NCBI RefSeq assembly: GCF_009914755.1
Contig: NC_060928.1
Origin: the human T2T-CHM13v2.0 reference genome, Homo sapiens
Strand: one strand, 5' to 3'
DNA length: 64,000 nucleotides
In this document: in pieces, positions 61,690 through 64,000 of the stretch
How positions within the stretch are numbered: position 1 is the first letter of the stretch
Layout of the letters: each line of letters starts with the position of its first letter
Made by a program: the position numbers and the translations under genes
Notes under the pieces: model-generated
Seen by the model: only the letters and a program-made list of their open reading frames with translations
Database searches by the model: none
What the model was told of the DNA's origin: nothing

Positions 61690-61707
61690 ATCGGAGTCAC
61701 GGCACCA
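61690..61707 (-). promoter_or_regulatory. Primer-binding site for tRNA-His
   Basis: TGGTGCCGTGACTCCGAT just downstream of the 5' LTR, one mismatch from the recalled His PBS. Confidence 0.9.
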
Positions 61708-61709
61708 AA

Positions 61710-62060
61710 TTTCATGCATGTCTGTGTGAAGAGACCACCAAACAGGCTTTGTGTGAGCAGTAGAGCTTTTAATCACCTGGGTGCAGGTGGGCTGAGTCCA
61801 AAAAGAGAGTCAGCGAAGGGAGATAAGGGTGGGGCCGTTTTATAAGATTTTGGTAGGTAAAGGAAAATTACAGTCAAAGGGGGATTGTTCTCTGGCGGGC
61901 AGGAGTGGGGGTCACAAGGTGCTCAGTAGGGGAGCTTTTGAGCCAGGAGAAGGAATTTCACAAGATAATGTCATCAGTTAAGGCAGGAATTGACCATCTG
62001 GATGTGTACATGCAGGTCACAGGGGATATGATGGCTTAGATTGGGCTCAGAGGCCTGACA
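61710..62060 (-). mobile_element. HERV-H 5' LTR (LTR7) promoter
   Basis: TGTCAGGCCTCTGAGCCC...TATAAAA..GC-box-like ggccccaccc...ATTAAA...CATGAAA. Confidence 0.96.
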
Positions 62061-62546
62061 GTTGATATGTAAAAATGAGATTTAATTTTTAAATTTTTTA
62101 TTTAATTTTTAAATTTCTCAGTGTTAACTTCTTATAAATATTTCTATCGCATTCAAACAAAAGTTTGTTGAGGTCCTTAATAATTTTTAAGAGTGTAAAA
62201 ATGTCTTGAGACCAAAAAATTTGAAAACTAATGATTTAGACTAAAGGTAATATGATAAATATTTTCAAAAAGTACCAAATTTAGGCAAGAAGTCAGTTGT
62301 AGACTTTCAAAGTGATAGATACACTAACGTAAACAATAGCAACGTGGATGGGCACAAAGAGATGGATAAAAGAGATATTAAACAGATAGGCTTACTAGGC
62401 CATGAGTGCTAGAAGCATTTGTGGAGGATAAAGGAGTGGGAAGACTCTGGGATAATTCTTGGGTACCTGGCTTAAGGAAACTTTGCCTACTCACTTGAAA
62501 AACTACAACTTATTCTTAGTGGTCAAGGTCTTCTCTGTGAAGGCTT

Positions 62547-62912
62547 TGAAGGAGATCAGGATACACCATCCCAAAATATACCATTTTGGCATAAGGATTA
62601 TTTGAGGCAATTTAGAATAGGCAAATAAGGGCAGGGCAGATACATTTCCTAGTCATTTTCCCACCGTCTATTGTCCTTTGAAGCCCAAACCCTCTTTCAT
62701 TTGTTAAGAAGGGTATGTAAGTTATATACCTTTCTTATATATATGTTAGCCACTTTTTGAATTTTATTTCTTTTCTATGATTCCCATACACATTTAAAAT
62801 ATTAATAAATCTGTATTCCTTTTCTCCTGTTAATCTGTCTTTTGTCAGCTGAATTCACAGACCCACAGTCACTGAATTTAAGTAGGTGGGGGAAAAGTTT
62901 TTCTTCCCAACA
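62547..62912 (+). mobile_element. MER34-family ERV1 solo LTR
   Basis: tgaaggagatcaggatacaccatcccaaaatat...aataaa...ctcctgttaatctgtcttttgtc...cccaaca. TSD gctt/cctt. Confidence 0.75.
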
Positions 62913-63057
62913 CCTTTATTGGCCCACCCAAGCTTGGTGTCACCTATAAGGGAGAAAAAAATATAGTTTTTTTTCTACCTCCATTCTAGCAAGGTTTATG
63001 GCTGAGGCCCTAAACCTCAAGGTTTATGACTGAGGCCCACCCAAGGTTGGTGTCACC

Positions 63058-63627
63058 TATAAAGGAGAAAAAATATAGTTTTTTTCTACCCACATTCTAG
63101 CCAGCTTTATGGCTAAGGTCCCTATAACAAAAGACAAATTAACAAATGAAAAGCATACAAATGTCCTTAATGTAAGTTTTACATGACACAGGAGTCTTCA
63201 TAAGGAAATGAAGACCTGATGACACATGAGTATTTTTATGCTAAAGTGTGCACTAACAGAAGAGCAAAAGATGTAAACTTTGAGTGTCCTTCATGTTTCC
63301 ATGAGGTTTGATGAAGAATGGAGAGTTGTGTAGAAATATGATAGGCCAAAAAGGGTACAATCTAATGGTAGTGAACTGGGAGAAACTTAGCAAGTCCTGC
63401 TTGTTCAGATTCTTCTCTGTGTCTCTGTCTTTGGAGATAAAGATGTTCCTTTCCTCTGGGTCTAGGAAGGCACTTCTCACACGAGGGTTTTATGAACTGT
63501 TTCAGAGGAAAAGAGTGGGGCAAGGTCAGAGAGACCTTCCTGCACGTGCTGCTTCTCCAATTCCTTCTGAAAATATTCAATGTGCCAAGGTGCCATATTT
63601 TGGGGTAGCATATCCTGAAGCCCATCA
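63058..63627 (-). mobile_element. MER34-family ERV1 solo LTR
   Basis: Minus strand starts tgatgggcttcaggatatgctaccccaaaatatggcaccttggcac and is similar to the LTR at 39063-39579. TSD cacc/cact. Confidence 0.75.
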
Positions 63628-64000
63628 CACTCACAGTCTAATATCTAACCCAGGTTTTCTGCCCACCTCACTCATTATAATCATTTGTCTATATGCCTCT
63701 ATCCTCTACTAAAGTTGAGTATCCTGAAGTTAGACACAATGTCTTATTTACTTCTGTTCTCAGTCTCCATAAGGCCTGCTATATATAATAGGGACTAAAT
63801 CGATGTTTGATGAATGTATAATAGGAACAAAAATTATTGATTTATCCCCACATTTTCTGCTCACTAAAAAGGATCTTATCTTGTTCTGCTTAACTTCCCT
63901 GACATTTTGGCCCATTAATTCGGACTCATTAAGATGAGTTCAGTTTTGCCAGAAATTGCCAGGTTTTAAGATAAAGAAGAACAAACTGGAAAGGTGAGAA

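Larger units (their letters stand above)
55995..62060 (-). mobile_element. HERV-H provirus (common internally deleted form, about 6.1 kb) with two LTR7
   Basis: Two LTRs of about 351 bp, a perfect TSD GTTGA, a tRNA-His primer-binding site, and protease, RT and integrase remnants. Confidence 0.97.
55701..62233. mobile_element. Charlie1a-like hAT transposon split by HERV-H (55701-55994 and 62061-62233)
   Basis: Starts cagcagttctcagagtgtagtcc...ggggtccccaagacc and ends gagaccaaaaaatttgaaaactaatg. Confidence 0.75.

Overview
This is primate, most likely human, nuclear DNA. It is AT-rich, CpG-depleted and dominated by transposable elements. All family calls come from recalled consensus sequences, not from database searches. 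Main content: (1) two full-length, inactivated LINE-1s lying head-to-head (an older L1PA6-8-type at 3090-9568 on the minus strand; an L1PA3/4-type at 17644-23796 on the plus strand); (2) between them, a small CpG-rich promoter-like region (~15.2-15.9 kb) with candidate minus-strand exons of a gene or lncRNA I cannot name; (3) a two-LTR HERV-H provirus (55995-62060, minus) inserted in a Charlie1 element; (4) processed pseudogenes of TAF10 and SAT1; (5) solo LTRs (LTR12, MER57, MER34 family, MSTA, MLT1), Alus, Tigger2a, MADE1, MIR, L2 and old L1M fragments. No intact protein-coding gene, RNA gene or CRISPR array is supported. I found no convincing new biological system. The best leads are an extended open L1 ORF0, several TE promoters pointing the same way as the putative host transcript, a spliced small ORF, and unusually clean retrotransposition or template-switch scars.
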